Source of the DNA: Escherichia coli
GTDB lineage: Bacteria; Pseudomonadota; Gammaproteobacteria; Enterobacterales; Enterobacteriaceae
Reading direction: 5' to 3' (one strand)
Length of the DNA: 64,000 nt
NCBI RefSeq assembly: GCF_030013595.1
Contig: NZ_CP122768.1
Of this stretch, positions 1 through 10,648 are shown piece by piece (positions within the stretch are counted from its first letter, which is position 1; each line of letters opens with the position of its first letter). The notes under the pieces are model-generated. The model made no database searches, was not told the origin of the DNA, and was given only the letters and a program-made list of their open reading frames with translations. A program made the translations under genes and the position numbers.

Positions 1-650
1 ATATTGCCGATTACGAGCATCTGGGCGTTTATGCTTGCCGAATTATCGTGCCTGGCATGTCCGATATTTATCCGGCTGAAGATCTGTGGCTGGCGAATAA
101 CAGTATGGGCAGCCATTTACGTGAAACGATTCTTTCGTTACCAGGCAGCGAGTGGGAAAAAGAAGATTACCTGAACCTCATCGAGCAACTGGATGAAGAA
201 GGTTTTGATGACTTTACCCGCGTGCGTGAGCTGTTGGGTCTGGCGACCGGGTCGGATAACGGTTGGTACACCCTGCGTATCGGTGAATTAAAAGCCATGC
301 TGGCGCTGGCTGGTGGCGATCTGGAACAGGCTCTGGTCTGGACCGAATGGACGATGGAGTTTAACTCATCAGTATTTAGTCCGGAACGCGCCAACTATTA
401 TCGCTGCCTGCAAACGTTGTTATTACTGGCGCAGGAAGAAGATCGCCAGCCGCTGCAATATCTGAATGCGTTTGTTCGCATGTACGGCGCAGATGCCGTG
501 GAAGCCGCCAGTGCGGCAATGAGCGGCGAAGCGGCGTTTTATGGCTTGCAACCAGTAGATAGCGATCTGCACGCGTTTGCTGCACATCAGTCGTTGTTGA
601 AGGCCTACGAAAAGCTGCAGCGCGCCAAAGCAGCATTCTGGGCAAAATAA
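1..650 (+). CDS. ycaO: YcaO-family protein, C-terminal part (5' end lies outside window; frame is open from base 3)
   Basis: Open frame continuous from window start to stop at 650; sits directly upstream of focA-pflB as in E. coli; assignment from remembered synteny. Confidence 0.6.
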   Translation, partial: IADYEHLGVYACRIIVPGMSDIYPAEDLWLANNSMGSHLRETILSLPGSEWEKEDYLNLIEQLDEEGFDDFTRVRELLGLATGSDNGWYTLRIGELKAMLALAGGDLEQALVWTEWTMEFNSSVFSPERANYYRCLQTLLLLAQEEDRQPLQYLNAFVRMYGADAVEAASAAMSGEAAFYGLQPVDSDLHAFAAHQSLLKAYEKLQRAKAAFWAK

Positions 651-981
651 AATCAAATAGCCTTCGCAATGTAGGCTTAATGATTCGTCTGAGTTATATT
701 ACGGGGCGTTTTTTTAATGCCCCGCTTTACATATATTTGCATTAATAAAATAATTGTAATTATAAAGTTAAATATCGGTAATTTGTATTTAATAAATACG
801 ATCGATATTGTTACTTTATTCGCCTGGTGCTCCCTTTTAATTAACTGTTTTAGCGGAGGATGCGGAAAAAATTCAACTCATTTGTTAATTTTTAAAATTT
901 ATTTTTATTTGGATAATCAAATAGTTACTCCGTATTTGCATAAAAACCATGCGAGTTACGGGCCTATAAGCCAGGCGAGAT

Positions 982-995
982 ATGATCTATATCAA
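982..995 (+). promoter_or_regulatory. Candidate FNR half-site pair (ATGAT-N4-ATCAA) upstream of focA, followed by a TATAAT-like -10 at 1005..1010
   Basis: Match to TTGAT-N4-ATCAA consensus in the AT-rich focA-pfl promoter region; focA-pfl is known to be FNR-activated. Confidence 0.35.
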
Positions 996-1055
996 TTTCT
1001 CATCTATAATGCTTTGTTAGTATCTCGTCGCCGACTTAATAAAGAGAGAGTTAGT

Positions 1056-1913
1056 GTGAAAGCTGACAACCCTTTTGATCTTTTACTTCCTGCAGCAATG
1101 GCCAAAGTGGCCGAAGAGGCAGGTGTCTATAAAGCAACGAAACATCCGCTTAAGACTTTCTATCTGGCGATTACCGCCGGTGTTTTCATCTCAATCGCAT
1201 TCGTCTTCTATATCACAGCAACCACTGGCACAGGCACAATGCCCTTCGGCATGGCAAAACTGGTTGGCGGCATTTGCTTCTCTCTGGGGCTGATTCTTTG
1301 TGTTGTCTGCGGAGCCGATCTCTTTACTTCCACAGTGTTGATTGTTGTTGCTAAGGCGAGTGGGCGAATCACCTGGGGTCAGTTGGCGAAAAACTGGCTA
1401 AATGTCTATTTTGGCAACCTGGTCGGCGCACTGCTGTTTGTACTTTTAATGTGGCTTTCCGGCGAGTATATGACCGCGAATGGTCAATGGGGACTAAACG
1501 TCCTACAAACCGCCGACCACAAAGTGCACCATACTTTTATTGAGGCCGTCTGTCTTGGTATCCTGGCAAACCTGATGGTATGTCTGGCAGTATGGATGAG
1601 TTATTCTGGCCGCAGCCTGATGGATAAAGCGTTCATTATGGTGCTGCCGGTCGCGATGTTTGTTGCCAGCGGTTTTGAGCACAGTATCGCAAACATGTTT
1701 ATGATCCCGATGGGTATTGTAATCCGCGACTTCGCATCTCCGGAATTCTGGACCGCTGTCGGTTCTGCACCGGAAAATTTTTCTCACCTGACCGTGATGA
1801 ACTTCATCACTGATAACCTGATTCCGGTTACGATCGGTAATATTATCGGCGGTGGTTTGTTGGTTGGGTTGACATACTGGGTCATTTACCTGCGTGAAAA
1901 CGATCACCATTAA
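1056..1913 (+). CDS. focA: Formate channel FocA (GTG start; the 717 ORF is an upstream over-extension)
   Basis: Translation VKADNPFDLLLPAAMAKVAEEAGVYKATKHPLKTFYLAITAG... typical formate/nitrite transporter; precedes pflB. Confidence 0.9.
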   Translation: MKADNPFDLLLPAAMAKVAEEAGVYKATKHPLKTFYLAITAGVFISIAFVFYITATTGTGTMPFGMAKLVGGICFSLGLILCVVCGADLFTSTVLIVVAKASGRITWGQLAKNWLNVYFGNLVGALLFVLLMWLSGEYMTANGQWGLNVLQTADHKVHHTFIEAVCLGILANLMVCLAVWMSYSGRSLMDKAFIMVLPVAMFVASGFEHSIANMFMIPMGIVIRDFASPEFWTAVGSAPENFSHLTVMNFITDNLIPVTIGNIIGGGLLVGLTYWVIYLRENDHH

Positions 1914-1967
1914 TGGTTGTCGAAGTACGCAGTAAATAAAAAATCCACTTAAGAAGGTAGGTGTTAC

Positions 1968-4250
1968 ATGTCCGAGCTTAATGAAAAGTTAGCCACAGCC
2001 TGGGAAGGTTTTACCAAAGGTGACTGGCAGAATGAAGTAAACGTCCGTGACTTCATTCAGAAAAACTACACTCCGTACGAGGGTGACGAGTCCTTCCTGG
2101 CTGGCGCTACTGAAGCGACCACCACCCTGTGGGACAAAGTAATGGAAGGCGTTAAACTGGAAAACCGCACTCACGCGCCAGTTGACTTTGACACCGCTGT
2201 TGCTTCCACCATCACCTCTCACGACGCTGGCTACATCAACAAAGCGTTGGAAAAAGTTGTTGGTCTGCAGACTGAAGCTCCGCTGAAACGTGCTCTTATC
2301 CCGTTCGGTGGTATCAAAATGATCGAAGGTTCCTGCAAAGCGTACAACCGCGAACTGGACCCGATGATCAAAAAAATCTTCACTGAATACCGTAAAACTC
2401 ACAACCAGGGCGTGTTCGACGTTTACACTCCGGACATCCTGCGTTGCCGTAAATCCGGTGTTCTGACCGGTCTGCCAGATGCTTATGGCCGTGGTCGTAT
2501 CATCGGTGACTACCGTCGCGTTGCGCTGTACGGTATCGACTACCTGATGAAAGACAAACTTGCACAGTTCACCTCTCTGCAGGCTGATCTGGAAAACGGC
2601 GTAAACCTGGAACAGACTATCCGTCTGCGCGAAGAAATCGCTGAACAGCACCGCGCTCTGGGTCAGATGAAAGAAATGGCTGCGAAATACGGCTACGACA
2701 TCTCTGGTCCGGCTACCAACGCTCAGGAAGCTATCCAGTGGACTTACTTCGGCTACCTGGCTGCTGTTAAGTCTCAGAACGGTGCTGCAATGTCCTTCGG
2801 TCGTACCTCCACCTTCCTGGATGTGTACATCGAACGTGACCTGAAAGCTGGCAAGATCACCGAACAAGAAGCGCAGGAAATGGTTGACCACCTGGTCATG
2901 AAACTGCGTATGGTTCGCTTCCTGCGTACTCCGGAATACGATGAACTGTTCTCTGGCGACCCGATCTGGGCAACCGAATCTATCGGTGGTATGGGCCTCG
3001 ACGGTCGTACCCTGGTTACCAAAAACAGCTTCCGTTTCCTGAACACCCTGTACACCATGGGTCCGTCTCCGGAACCGAACATGACCATTCTGTGGTCTGA
3101 AAAACTGCCGCTGAACTTCAAGAAATTCGCCGCTAAAGTGTCCATCGACACCTCTTCTCTGCAGTATGAGAACGATGACCTGATGCGTCCGGACTTCAAC
3201 AACGATGACTACGCTATCGCTTGCTGCGTAAGCCCGATGATCGTTGGTAAACAAATGCAGTTCTTCGGTGCGCGTGCAAACCTGGCGAAAACCATGCTGT
3301 ACGCAATCAACGGTGGCGTTGACGAAAAACTGAAAATGCAGGTTGGTCCGAAGTCTGAGCCGATCAAAGGCGATCTCCTGAACTACGATGAAGTGATGGA
3401 GCGCATGGATCACTTCATGGACTGGCTGGCTAAACAGTACATCACTGCACTGAACATCATCCACTACATGCACGACAAGTACAGCTACGAAGCCTCTCTG
3501 ATGGCGCTGCACGACCGTGACGTTATCCGCACCATGGCGTGTGGTATCGCTGGTCTGTCCGTTGCTGCTGACTCCCTGTCTGCAATCAAATATGCGAAAG
3601 TTAAACCGATTCGTGACGAAGACGGTCTGGCTATCGACTTCGAAATCGAAGGCGAATACCCGCAGTTTGGTAACAACGATCCGCGTGTAGATGACCTGGC
3701 TGTTGACCTGGTAGAACGTTTCATGAAGAAAATTCAGAAACTGCACACCTACCGTGACGCTATCCCGACTCAGTCTGTTCTGACCATCACTTCTAACGTT
3801 GTGTATGGTAAGAAAACTGGTAACACCCCAGACGGTCGTCGTGCTGGCGCGCCGTTCGGACCGGGTGCTAACCCGATGCACGGTCGTGACCAGAAAGGTG
3901 CAGTAGCCTCTCTGACTTCCGTTGCTAAACTGCCGTTTGCTTACGCTAAAGATGGTATCTCCTACACCTTCTCTATCGTTCCGAACGCACTGGGTAAAGA
4001 CGACGAAGTTCGTAAGACCAACCTGGCTGGTCTGATGGATGGTTACTTCCACCACGAAGCGTCCATCGAAGGTGGTCAGCACCTGAACGTTAACGTGATG
4101 AACCGTGAAATGCTGCTCGACGCGATGGAAAACCCGGAAAAATATCCGCAGCTGACCATCCGTGTATCTGGCTACGCAGTACGTTTCAACTCGCTGACTA
4201 AAGAACAGCAGCAGGACGTTATTACTCGTACCTTCACTCAATCTATGTAA
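1968..4250 (+). CDS. pflB: Pyruvate formate-lyase (formate C-acetyltransferase)
   Basis: 760 aa, [39 protein letters not shown]..., glycyl-radical C-terminus RVSGYAVRF; strong codon bias. Confidence 0.95.
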   Translation: MSELNEKLATAWEGFTKGDWQNEVNVRDFIQKNYTPYEGDESFLAGATEATTTLWDKVMEGVKLENRTHAPVDFDTAVASTITSHDAGYINKALEKVVGLQTEAPLKRALIPFGGIKMIEGSCKAYNRELDPMIKKIFTEYRKTHNQGVFDVYTPDILRCRKSGVLTGLPDAYGRGRIIGDYRRVALYGIDYLMKDKLAQFTSLQADLENGVNLEQTIRLREEIAEQHRALGQMKEMAAKYGYDISGPATNAQEAIQWTYFGYLAAVKSQNGAAMSFGRTSTFLDVYIERDLKAGKITEQEAQEMVDHLVMKLRMVRFLRTPEYDELFSGDPIWATESIGGMGLDGRTLVTKNSFRFLNTLYTMGPSPEPNMTILWSEKLPLNFKKFAAKVSIDTSSLQYENDDLMRPDFNNDDYAIACCVSPMIVGKQMQFFGARANLAKTMLYAINGGVDEKLKMQVGPKSEPIKGDLLNYDEVMERMDHFMDWLAKQYITALNIIHYMHDKYSYEASLMALHDRDVIRTMACGIAGLSVAADSLSAIKYAKVKPIRDEDGLAIDFEIEGEYPQFGNNDPRVDDLAVDLVERFMKKIQKLHTYRDAIPTQSVLTITSNVVYGKKTGNTPDGRRAGAPFGPGANPMHGRDQKGAVASLTSVAKLPFAYAKDGISYTFSIVPNALGKDDEVRKTNLAGLMDGYFHHEASIEGGQHLNVNVMNREMLLDAMENPEKYPQLTIRVSGYAVRFNSLTKEQQQDVITRTFTQSM

Positions 4251-4290
4251 TTAGATTTGACTGAAATCGTACAGTAAAAAGCGTACAATA

Positions 4291-4319
4291 AAGGCTCCAC
4301 GAAAGTGGGGCCTTTTTTA
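4291..4319 (+). terminator. Rho-independent terminator after pflB
   Basis: GC stem ggctccac/gtggggcc followed by T6 run. Confidence 0.6.
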
Positions 4320-4441
4320 GCACGAGAGCCTTTTTTGTCAGCTATCTATACTTTAAGGTGACTGCCAAAACAGACTCGACGTAGCCTTCGAGCTGCGCAC
4401 CAACACGGCCTCAGATGGGCCACATCTGGAGAAACACCGCA

Positions 4442-5182
4442 ATGTCAGTTATTGGTCGCATTCACTCCTTTGAATCCTGTGGAACCGTAGACGGCCCGGG
4501 TATTCGCTTTATCACCTTTTTCCAGGGCTGCCTGATGCGCTGCCTGTATTGTCATAACCGCGACACCTGGGACACGCATGGCGGTAAAGAAGTTACCGTT
4601 GAAGATTTAATGAAAGAGGTGGTGACCTATCGCCACTTTATGAACGCTTCCGGCGGCGGCGTTACCGCATCCGGCGGTGAAGCAATCCTGCAAGCTGAGT
4701 TTGTTCGTGACTGGTTCCGCGCCTGCAAAAAAGAAGGCATTCATACCTGTCTGGACACCAACGGTTTTGTTCGTCGTTACGATCCGGTGATTGATGAACT
4801 GCTGGAAGTAACCGACCTGGTAATGCTCGATCTCAAACAGATGAACGACGAGATCCACCAAAATCTGGTTGGAGTTTCAAACCACCGCACGCTGGAGTTC
4901 GCCAAATATCTGGCGAACAAAAATGTGAAGGTGTGGATCCGCTACGTTGTTGTCCCAGGCTGGTCTGACGATGACGATTCAGCGCATCGCCTCGGTGAAT
5001 TTACCCGTGATATGGGCAACGTTGAGAAAATCGAGCTTCTCCCCTACCACGAACTGGGCAAACACAAATGGGTGGCGATGGGTGAAGAATACAAACTTGA
5101 TGGTGTTAAACCACCGAAGAAAGAGACCATGGAACGCGTGAAAGGTATTCTTGAGCAGTACGGTCATAAGGTAATGTTCTAA
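4442..5182 (+). CDS. pflA: Pyruvate formate-lyase activating enzyme (radical SAM)
   Basis: [23 protein letters not shown]... with CxxxCxxC motif ([10 protein letters not shown]); start chosen at 4442 inside the 4415 ORF. Confidence 0.95.
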   Translation: MSVIGRIHSFESCGTVDGPGIRFITFFQGCLMRCLYCHNRDTWDTHGGKEVTVEDLMKEVVTYRHFMNASGGGVTASGGEAILQAEFVRDWFRACKKEGIHTCLDTNGFVRRYDPVIDELLEVTDLVMLDLKQMNDEIHQNLVGVSNHRTLEFAKYLANKNVKVWIRYVVVPGWSDDDDSAHRLGEFTRDMGNVEKIELLPYHELGKHKWVAMGEEYKLDGVKPPKKETMERVKGILEQYGHKVMF

Positions 5183-5192
5183 TTTCCCCGTA

Positions 5193-5226
5193 AAGCGGCA
5201 ACTTTATTGAGTTGCCGCTTTTTTAT
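5193..5226 (+). terminator. Rho-independent terminator after pflA
   Basis: Stem gcggcaac/gttgccgc followed by T-run. Confidence 0.6.
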
Positions 5227-5391
5227 TCCGCGCTGCATAAATAATTCAGAGCTCTATTTCTAACGCCCTTACAGCACAGCTTCCAAATGTATTACCCAAA
5301 CCGCCAGTATATGTCCTGCGGCTTGCGCGCATTTCTCGATTATGTAAAAACGGGTCAGATCTGCCAGAGTCAGCGTCATCGACCACAATAA

Positions 5392-6822
5392 TTATTTACC
5401 ATTCGCTTTACGCGCCAGCAGCGGGAATATCAGTCCTAATCCTACCAACACAAACGGCGTTGCAACATTCAGCGCCAACTGGAAGGTCCACTCTGCAGTG
5501 AAGGCTTCCATTTTCGGGAAGATCCCCGTCAAACAGGCAAAAGCGGTAAAGGCAAAACACCAAATTCCGACGGTCATTGCCAGCGGCTTATTACGAATAA
5601 AGACATATTCCGGCTTATATTTCTGCGCCAGGCGAACAACTGCAATAAATGCAACAAATACCCATAAATAACGCAGCGGCATCACTACCGAGTTAAGATT
5701 CAACAGCCATTTATAGAGATTGTTCATATCACCAATGCCGAGAGTCGGTAGCATTATCAGGATCGCCACCAGCACCAGGGTCAGAAAATAGCCATTAACG
5801 GGCGTACCAGAAGCGTTGGTACGACATAAACTGGCTGGAATATATTTGCTGTCAGCATCGCCTAATAACACTTTAAGCGGCGCATCAATCGAGAATACCA
5901 GCGCAGCTACTTGTCCCAGGGTATTCGCAATGGCATAAATCACCATTAAAGTATTACCCATGTTGTAATACTCGCCCAGCTTCTGAAAGGCGTAATACTG
6001 ACCGTTAGTCATTAAGTCATCCGGGATATTACGCGAGTCAAACATCATCCCCATCGCCAGTGAGCCCAGAATGGCACAAACCGCAACCATCACCGCCAGG
6101 CATAACATCCCTTTTGGAAATTCTTTTCCTGGGTTGCGCGTTTGATTAACGTAAGGAGAAATCTTCTCTGCTCCGCCAACCGCGAAAACCAGCATTGAAA
6201 TAGTGGTAATGTAGGTAAAGTCGATATGAGGAATGAACGTTTCCCAGGTAATGTTTGTGGTCGCAATATGCACTTCAGTAATCGCAGGCGCGGTTACCGC
6301 CATCGCCACATACAGGAGCGACATAACAAACATCGCAATCCCTGCCACAGAACCGACGATTTTCAGCGATTTCATACCGCGTGAAGCAACCCACATAAAG
6401 AAGATAAACAGCACCAGCGTTAACCCCTGTAACGCTACGACTGAATATTCTTTGATTAACGAACCGTCGCCTTTCATCGCCCAACCGAGCGCAATCAGTA
6501 TTGCCTGGGGTTTTTGTGCCAGATAGGGAATATGCACTACCCAGTAGGTCCACGCGGCGAGGTAAGCCAGTCCGGGTCCCATCGTGTGTTTAATCCAGGT
6601 ACTGACCCCGCCCTTCCCATCTTTGAAGGTCGAGCCTAACTGACCAACAATTAGCGCATAAGGTGTGAAATAGAGCGCAAAGATAAACACCCATGAAAAA
6701 ACAACCACCAGCCCCTGGTTGGCGTAGTTATTAACAACGTTGCCAAAACCCCAGACAGTGATAAAAGACATCAGCGCAATGTTGTACCATCGCAGCTGTT
6801 TTTCCTGAACATTCCCAGCCAT
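5392..6822 (-). CDS. ycaM: APC-family amino acid transporter (YcaM-like); start at internal ATG with AAGGA RBS, upstream part of ORF is over-extension
   Basis: Multi-pass membrane protein translation; RBS aagga 8 nt upstream of ATG at 6822; position between pflA and ycaD. Confidence 0.7.
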   Translation of the reverse strand: MAGNVQEKQLRWYNIALMSFITVWGFGNVVNNYANQGLVVVFSWVFIFALYFTPYALIVGQLGSTFKDGKGGVSTWIKHTMGPGLAYLAAWTYWVVHIPYLAQKPQAILIALGWAMKGDGSLIKEYSVVALQGLTLVLFIFFMWVASRGMKSLKIVGSVAGIAMFVMSLLYVAMAVTAPAITEVHIATTNITWETFIPHIDFTYITTISMLVFAVGGAEKISPYVNQTRNPGKEFPKGMLCLAVMVAVCAILGSLAMGMMFDSRNIPDDLMTNGQYYAFQKLGEYYNMGNTLMVIYAIANTLGQVAALVFSIDAPLKVLLGDADSKYIPASLCRTNASGTPVNGYFLTLVLVAILIMLPTLGIGDMNNLYKWLLNLNSVVMPLRYLWVFVAFIAVVRLAQKYKPEYVFIRNKPLAMTVGIWCFAFTAFACLTGIFPKMEAFTAEWTFQLALNVATPFVLVGLGLIFPLLARKANGK

Positions 6823-7031
6823 AGACAAATCCTTCGCCAAAATTAAAGGGGCATCTGTAAAACGAGGGATTATGCGCGGCAAATAAGAAGTGCGGAAATA
6901 GCGAAATGCAAAATTATAACCTGCTGCACATTTTATTTTTAAACGAATAAAATTTGGAATAAAGCAAGTCAGATAGAAGAAACAAAAAAGCAGAGTGTGA
7001 AACAGTAAGTTCACACTCTGCTTGAATTCAT

Positions 7032-8180
7032 TTACACGTGAGCAACGGGTTTCGGCGTATGACCGGCGTTGCGAAGCAGCATCAGCAAATAGATAAACGA
7101 TACGCTGGCGATCATGATAAACAATAAATTATCGGAGAAATTCTGCATTAGCATGGCAGTAAATGACGGGCCAAGCAGACTTCCCACGGTATAGCTCAAC
7201 AGTAAGGCCTGGTTCATCGCCACCAGTTGATGATGTTCAACTTTCTCGCAAGCCCATGCCATCGCCACCGGATATAGCGTAAAGCCAGCGGCACCGAGGA
7301 TGAATAACGCTGGGGCCATCGCCGCCTGGCTAAGCATCGCGATACTGCCGAGAATGACGACAAAGACCTGAACACGCAACACCAGCAGTCGACCAAACTT
7401 ATCCGCCAAACGTCCAATCGGCCATTGTCCAAGGATACCCGCACTGACCAGTACCGCCATCCAGAAACCAATGCTGGCATTGCTCACCCCTTTGTGATTG
7501 AGGTACAGCGGCATCAGGCCATATAGAGATCCCAGAACGATTCCTGAGATAATGCAGCCATTCACGCCAAGCCGCGCCTGACGGAGTTTTAGCATTGACG
7601 TAATTGACGTCGAATCATGGTTTTCAGCCTGCTGATTCAGCACACGCGTAAACAACAGCGGTAAGATCCCTGCCAACGTCAAACCTGTAACCCACGGCAA
7701 TACGGACATCAGCTCGGTTGAAACTTTGCTGACCAGTAACTGGCCTAAAAACGTTCCCACGTAATAAACCATCATATACGCAGCAAGCAAACGCCCACGG
7801 TTACGTGACGTCCCACTGCACATCAGCGCGCTCTCAACAACCACCCAAATCATGGCACAGCCGACGCCGGCGACAAAACGCCAAGCCAACCAGCTCCAGA
7901 ATCCAATCATCAGGCCAAGGCCGGCACAGCCAGCGGCAAAAATGAAGGAGGCCAGATAATAGCTGCGGTTAAAGCCAATGCGCTTAATGACATACCCTGT
8001 CAGCAATGTACCGACCAGGTTGCCGGTAAAATAGGATGAGCTGACAACGCCTACCTGCCATGTGGACATGTGTTCCTGGGCGAGCCAAAGCGGCACGAGT
8101 GTATTTAACACTGCGATCGCCAGAGTCAACAAAAGCAGGCCAGACAGCAAAAGCATGACAGGCCGGGTATACGTGGACAT
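7032..8180 (-). CDS. ycaD: MFS transporter YcaD-like
   Basis: 382 aa, 12-TM-like hydrophobic profile, MFS-type sequence. Confidence 0.75.
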   Translation of the reverse strand: MSTYTRPVMLLLSGLLLLTLAIAVLNTLVPLWLAQEHMSTWQVGVVSSSYFTGNLVGTLLTGYVIKRIGFNRSYYLASFIFAAGCAGLGLMIGFWSWLAWRFVAGVGCAMIWVVVESALMCSGTSRNRGRLLAAYMMVYYVGTFLGQLLVSKVSTELMSVLPWVTGLTLAGILPLLFTRVLNQQAENHDSTSITSMLKLRQARLGVNGCIISGIVLGSLYGLMPLYLNHKGVSNASIGFWMAVLVSAGILGQWPIGRLADKFGRLLVLRVQVFVVILGSIAMLSQAAMAPALFILGAAGFTLYPVAMAWACEKVEHHQLVAMNQALLLSYTVGSLLGPSFTAMLMQNFSDNLLFIMIASVSFIYLLMLLRNAGHTPKPVAHV

Positions 8181-8494
8181 GAATTAAAACCGTGAGGAAG
8201 TTCAAATTTCATGCGCATCATGCCACCGCCAAAAACATTGTCAATGGGTGAAAATACGCGCATATCGCAGCGGAGGTATTATCGATTTATATTACTCATT
8301 CATAACGCTAATGCTGGAGAGACGATTAATCTCATCTGATTGTTTTTATTGATCTAACACAAATTTCATACGCTTCGTTCAGTCGAAAAATTTCATGGTC
8401 AAAGCAAACTCATATTTCCCGTCTATGCTTTCAGAGCAATGCATCGCGTCTGACCGATTTCAGACGTACCACTGACTCTCGAAAGGAGAAGAGG

Positions 8495-9121
8495 ATGACC
8501 AAACCGTATGTTCGTCTTGATAAAAATGATGCTGCCGTTTTGCTTGTTGATCACCAGGCTGGTTTACTTTCCCTTGTACGGGATATCGAACCCGATAAGT
8601 TTAAAAATAACGTGCTGGCGCTGGGCGACCTGGCTAAGTATTTCAACTTACCTACTATTCTTACCACCAGTTTTGAAACCGGTCCTAACGGCCCATTAGT
8701 TCCAGAACTGAAAGCACAATTCCCCGATGCACCTTACATTGCTCGCCCGGGCAATATTAACGCCTGGGATAACGAAGATTTTGTAAAAGCAGTCAAAGCG
8801 ACAGGTAAAAAACAGTTAATTATTGCCGGTGTGGTAACCGAAGTTTGCGTGGCATTCCCGGCGCTTTCAGCCATTGAAGAAGGGTTTGACGTCTTTGTCG
8901 TGACTGACGCGTCAGGGACCTTTAATGAAATTACCCGGCATTCGGCATGGGATCGCATGTCGCAAGCTGGTGCGCAATTGATGACATGGTTCGGCGTGGC
9001 GTGCGAGCTGCATCGCGACTGGCGTAATGATATTGAAGGACTGGCGACGTTGTTCTCTAACCATATTCCTGATTATCGTAATTTGATGACCAGTTATGAC
9101 ACGTTAACGAAGCAGAAATAA
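8495..9121 (+). CDS. ycaC: Isochorismatase-family hydrolase YcaC
   Basis: 208 aa, cysteine hydrolase family-like sequence (…VTEVCVAFPAL…). Confidence 0.8.
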   Translation: MTKPYVRLDKNDAAVLLVDHQAGLLSLVRDIEPDKFKNNVLALGDLAKYFNLPTILTTSFETGPNGPLVPELKAQFPDAPYIARPGNINAWDNEDFVKAVKATGKKQLIIAGVVTEVCVAFPALSAIEEGFDVFVVTDASGTFNEITRHSAWDRMSQAGAQLMTWFGVACELHRDWRNDIEGLATLFSNHIPDYRNLMTSYDTLTKQK

Positions 9122-9155
9122 AAGAGAACCGGGGCCGAAACCCCGGTTGTTATGA

Positions 9156-10019
9156 TTAGCTTGCGACGGCCATCCCCACGGTCATATGCAAACCATAGAA
9201 TACGCCACGACCGATTAATTCCCCTGCCAGAAGCAGAATGAATGATACGGAAAGTAGCGGAACCGCAGGCTGATAACCTTTTAGCTGTGGTGCAATCCAC
9301 AAGCACAGGGCAACGGCCAAAAGCACGATCCGCCAGGACATCAGCGCACCATAGTCCGGCACCAGCGCTGCGGCCTGCTGCACAGAGCTATGAATAGTCG
9401 CCAGCTCTGCGCCCTGCATCACTGACACCACGCCACTCACTACCAGGGCCAGTACAGAAATGGCTGGCAGCAGACGCATCGCCCAGCCATCGACGCCAGC
9501 CAGACTCAGCAACAGGTAACCCAGTAACGGGCCGCCCATAAACATCGTCAGGAAGAAGCCCATCGGCGTCCAGATGCTGTACCAGGTCGGAACGGTATCA
9601 ATGCTGTTATACACACGCACCATCATCCAGACAAAGATGACGCCAAGAACCATCGTCACTATCAGCCACAGCGTACGCAATGCCGGTGACAGCTTTTTCA
9701 GCATTGCCAGCAACCAGCCGATGCCACCAACAGCAAAAAAGATCGAACCGCTGGCGATTTCGTTACTGAGTGCTGAAGCCCCTACCCGGTTGAGCGAGTT
9801 AAAGGCGCGCATCGGTGAACCAAGATGAAGCATAGAGGCGATAAAGCCAATGCCCATCAGCACCCATAAACCAAACATGCAGGCAATAACACGCTGCTGG
9901 GCTTCTGCTCGCAGGTCGCCTTTGAGCAGCGCCAAAGCCAGAACGATAAAACCACCCGCTACACATTGCCCGAAGACCGTGAAGATCATCAGCGGCCATT
10001 CATGCCATCCACTTCCCAT
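9156..10019 (-). CDS. dmsC: DMSO reductase membrane anchor subunit
   Basis: Start at MGSGWHEWPLMIFTVFGQ...; polytopic membrane protein immediately downstream of dmsB. Confidence 0.85.
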   Translation of the reverse strand: MGSGWHEWPLMIFTVFGQCVAGGFIVLALALLKGDLRAEAQQRVIACMFGLWVLMGIGFIASMLHLGSPMRAFNSLNRVGASALSNEIASGSIFFAVGGIGWLLAMLKKLSPALRTLWLIVTMVLGVIFVWMMVRVYNSIDTVPTWYSIWTPMGFFLTMFMGGPLLGYLLLSLAGVDGWAMRLLPAISVLALVVSGVVSVMQGAELATIHSSVQQAAALVPDYGALMSWRIVLLAVALCLWIAPQLKGYQPAVPLLSVSFILLLAGELIGRGVFYGLHMTVGMAVAS

Positions 10020-10020
10020 C

Positions 10021-10638
10021 TCACACCTCCTTCGGGTTTGCCAGATAGCCAGTGGTATCCCCGGTCGGGCGGCTGTTGGCATTGGGTTTGATCACAATAT
10101 TCGGTTTGGTAAAGTGAGCTCGCGGCAACGGCGCAACGGCCGCCAGATCGCCATGTTTTTTACGCAGCTCGTCGATAGGGCCGAAATCCAGCGCCCGCAG
10201 CGGGCAAGATTCAACACAGATCGGCTTTTTCCCCTCCGCAACACGGTCATAACAACCATCGCATTTAGTCATATGGCCTTTCGTTTCGTTATATTGCGGT
10301 GCGCCATACGGGCAAGCCATATGGCAGTAGCGGCAGCCAATGCACACATCTTCATCGACCACAACAAAACCATCTTCACGTTTATGCATCGCACCGCTCG
10401 GGCAGACTTTAGTACAAGCCGGATCTTCGCAGTGGTTACATGAAATCGACAGATAGTAGGCAAACACGTTCTGATGCCAGACACCGTTATCTTCCTGCCA
10501 GTCACCGCCAGCATATTCATAAATGCGGCGGAAGCTGACTTCCGGCGTCAGATCTTTATAGTCTTTACAGGCCAGCTCGCAGGTTTTGCAACCGGTGCAA
10601 CGGCTGGAATCAATAAAAAATCCATACTGGGTTGTCAT
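10021..10638 (-). CDS. dmsB: DMSO reductase iron-sulfur subunit
   Basis: 205 aa with four ferredoxin-type Cys clusters (CxxCxxCxxxCP). Confidence 0.9.
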   Translation of the reverse strand: MTTQYGFFIDSSRCTGCKTCELACKDYKDLTPEVSFRRIYEYAGGDWQEDNGVWHQNVFAYYLSISCNHCEDPACTKVCPSGAMHKREDGFVVVDEDVCIGCRYCHMACPYGAPQYNETKGHMTKCDGCYDRVAEGKKPICVESCPLRALDFGPIDELRKKHGDLAAVAPLPRAHFTKPNIVIKPNANSRPTGDTTGYLANPKEV

Positions 10639-10648
10639 CGGTTACTCC

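Noticed and set aside
717-1055. Upstream extension of the focA ORF (ATG at 717)
   Set aside because: The region is AT-rich promoter DNA; the protein-like sequence begins at the GTG at 1056.
1989-4241. 750-aa minus-strand ORF covering pflB
   Set aside because: Antisense shadow ORF of the highly expressed, strongly codon-biased pflB; the translation is low-complexity and not protein-like.
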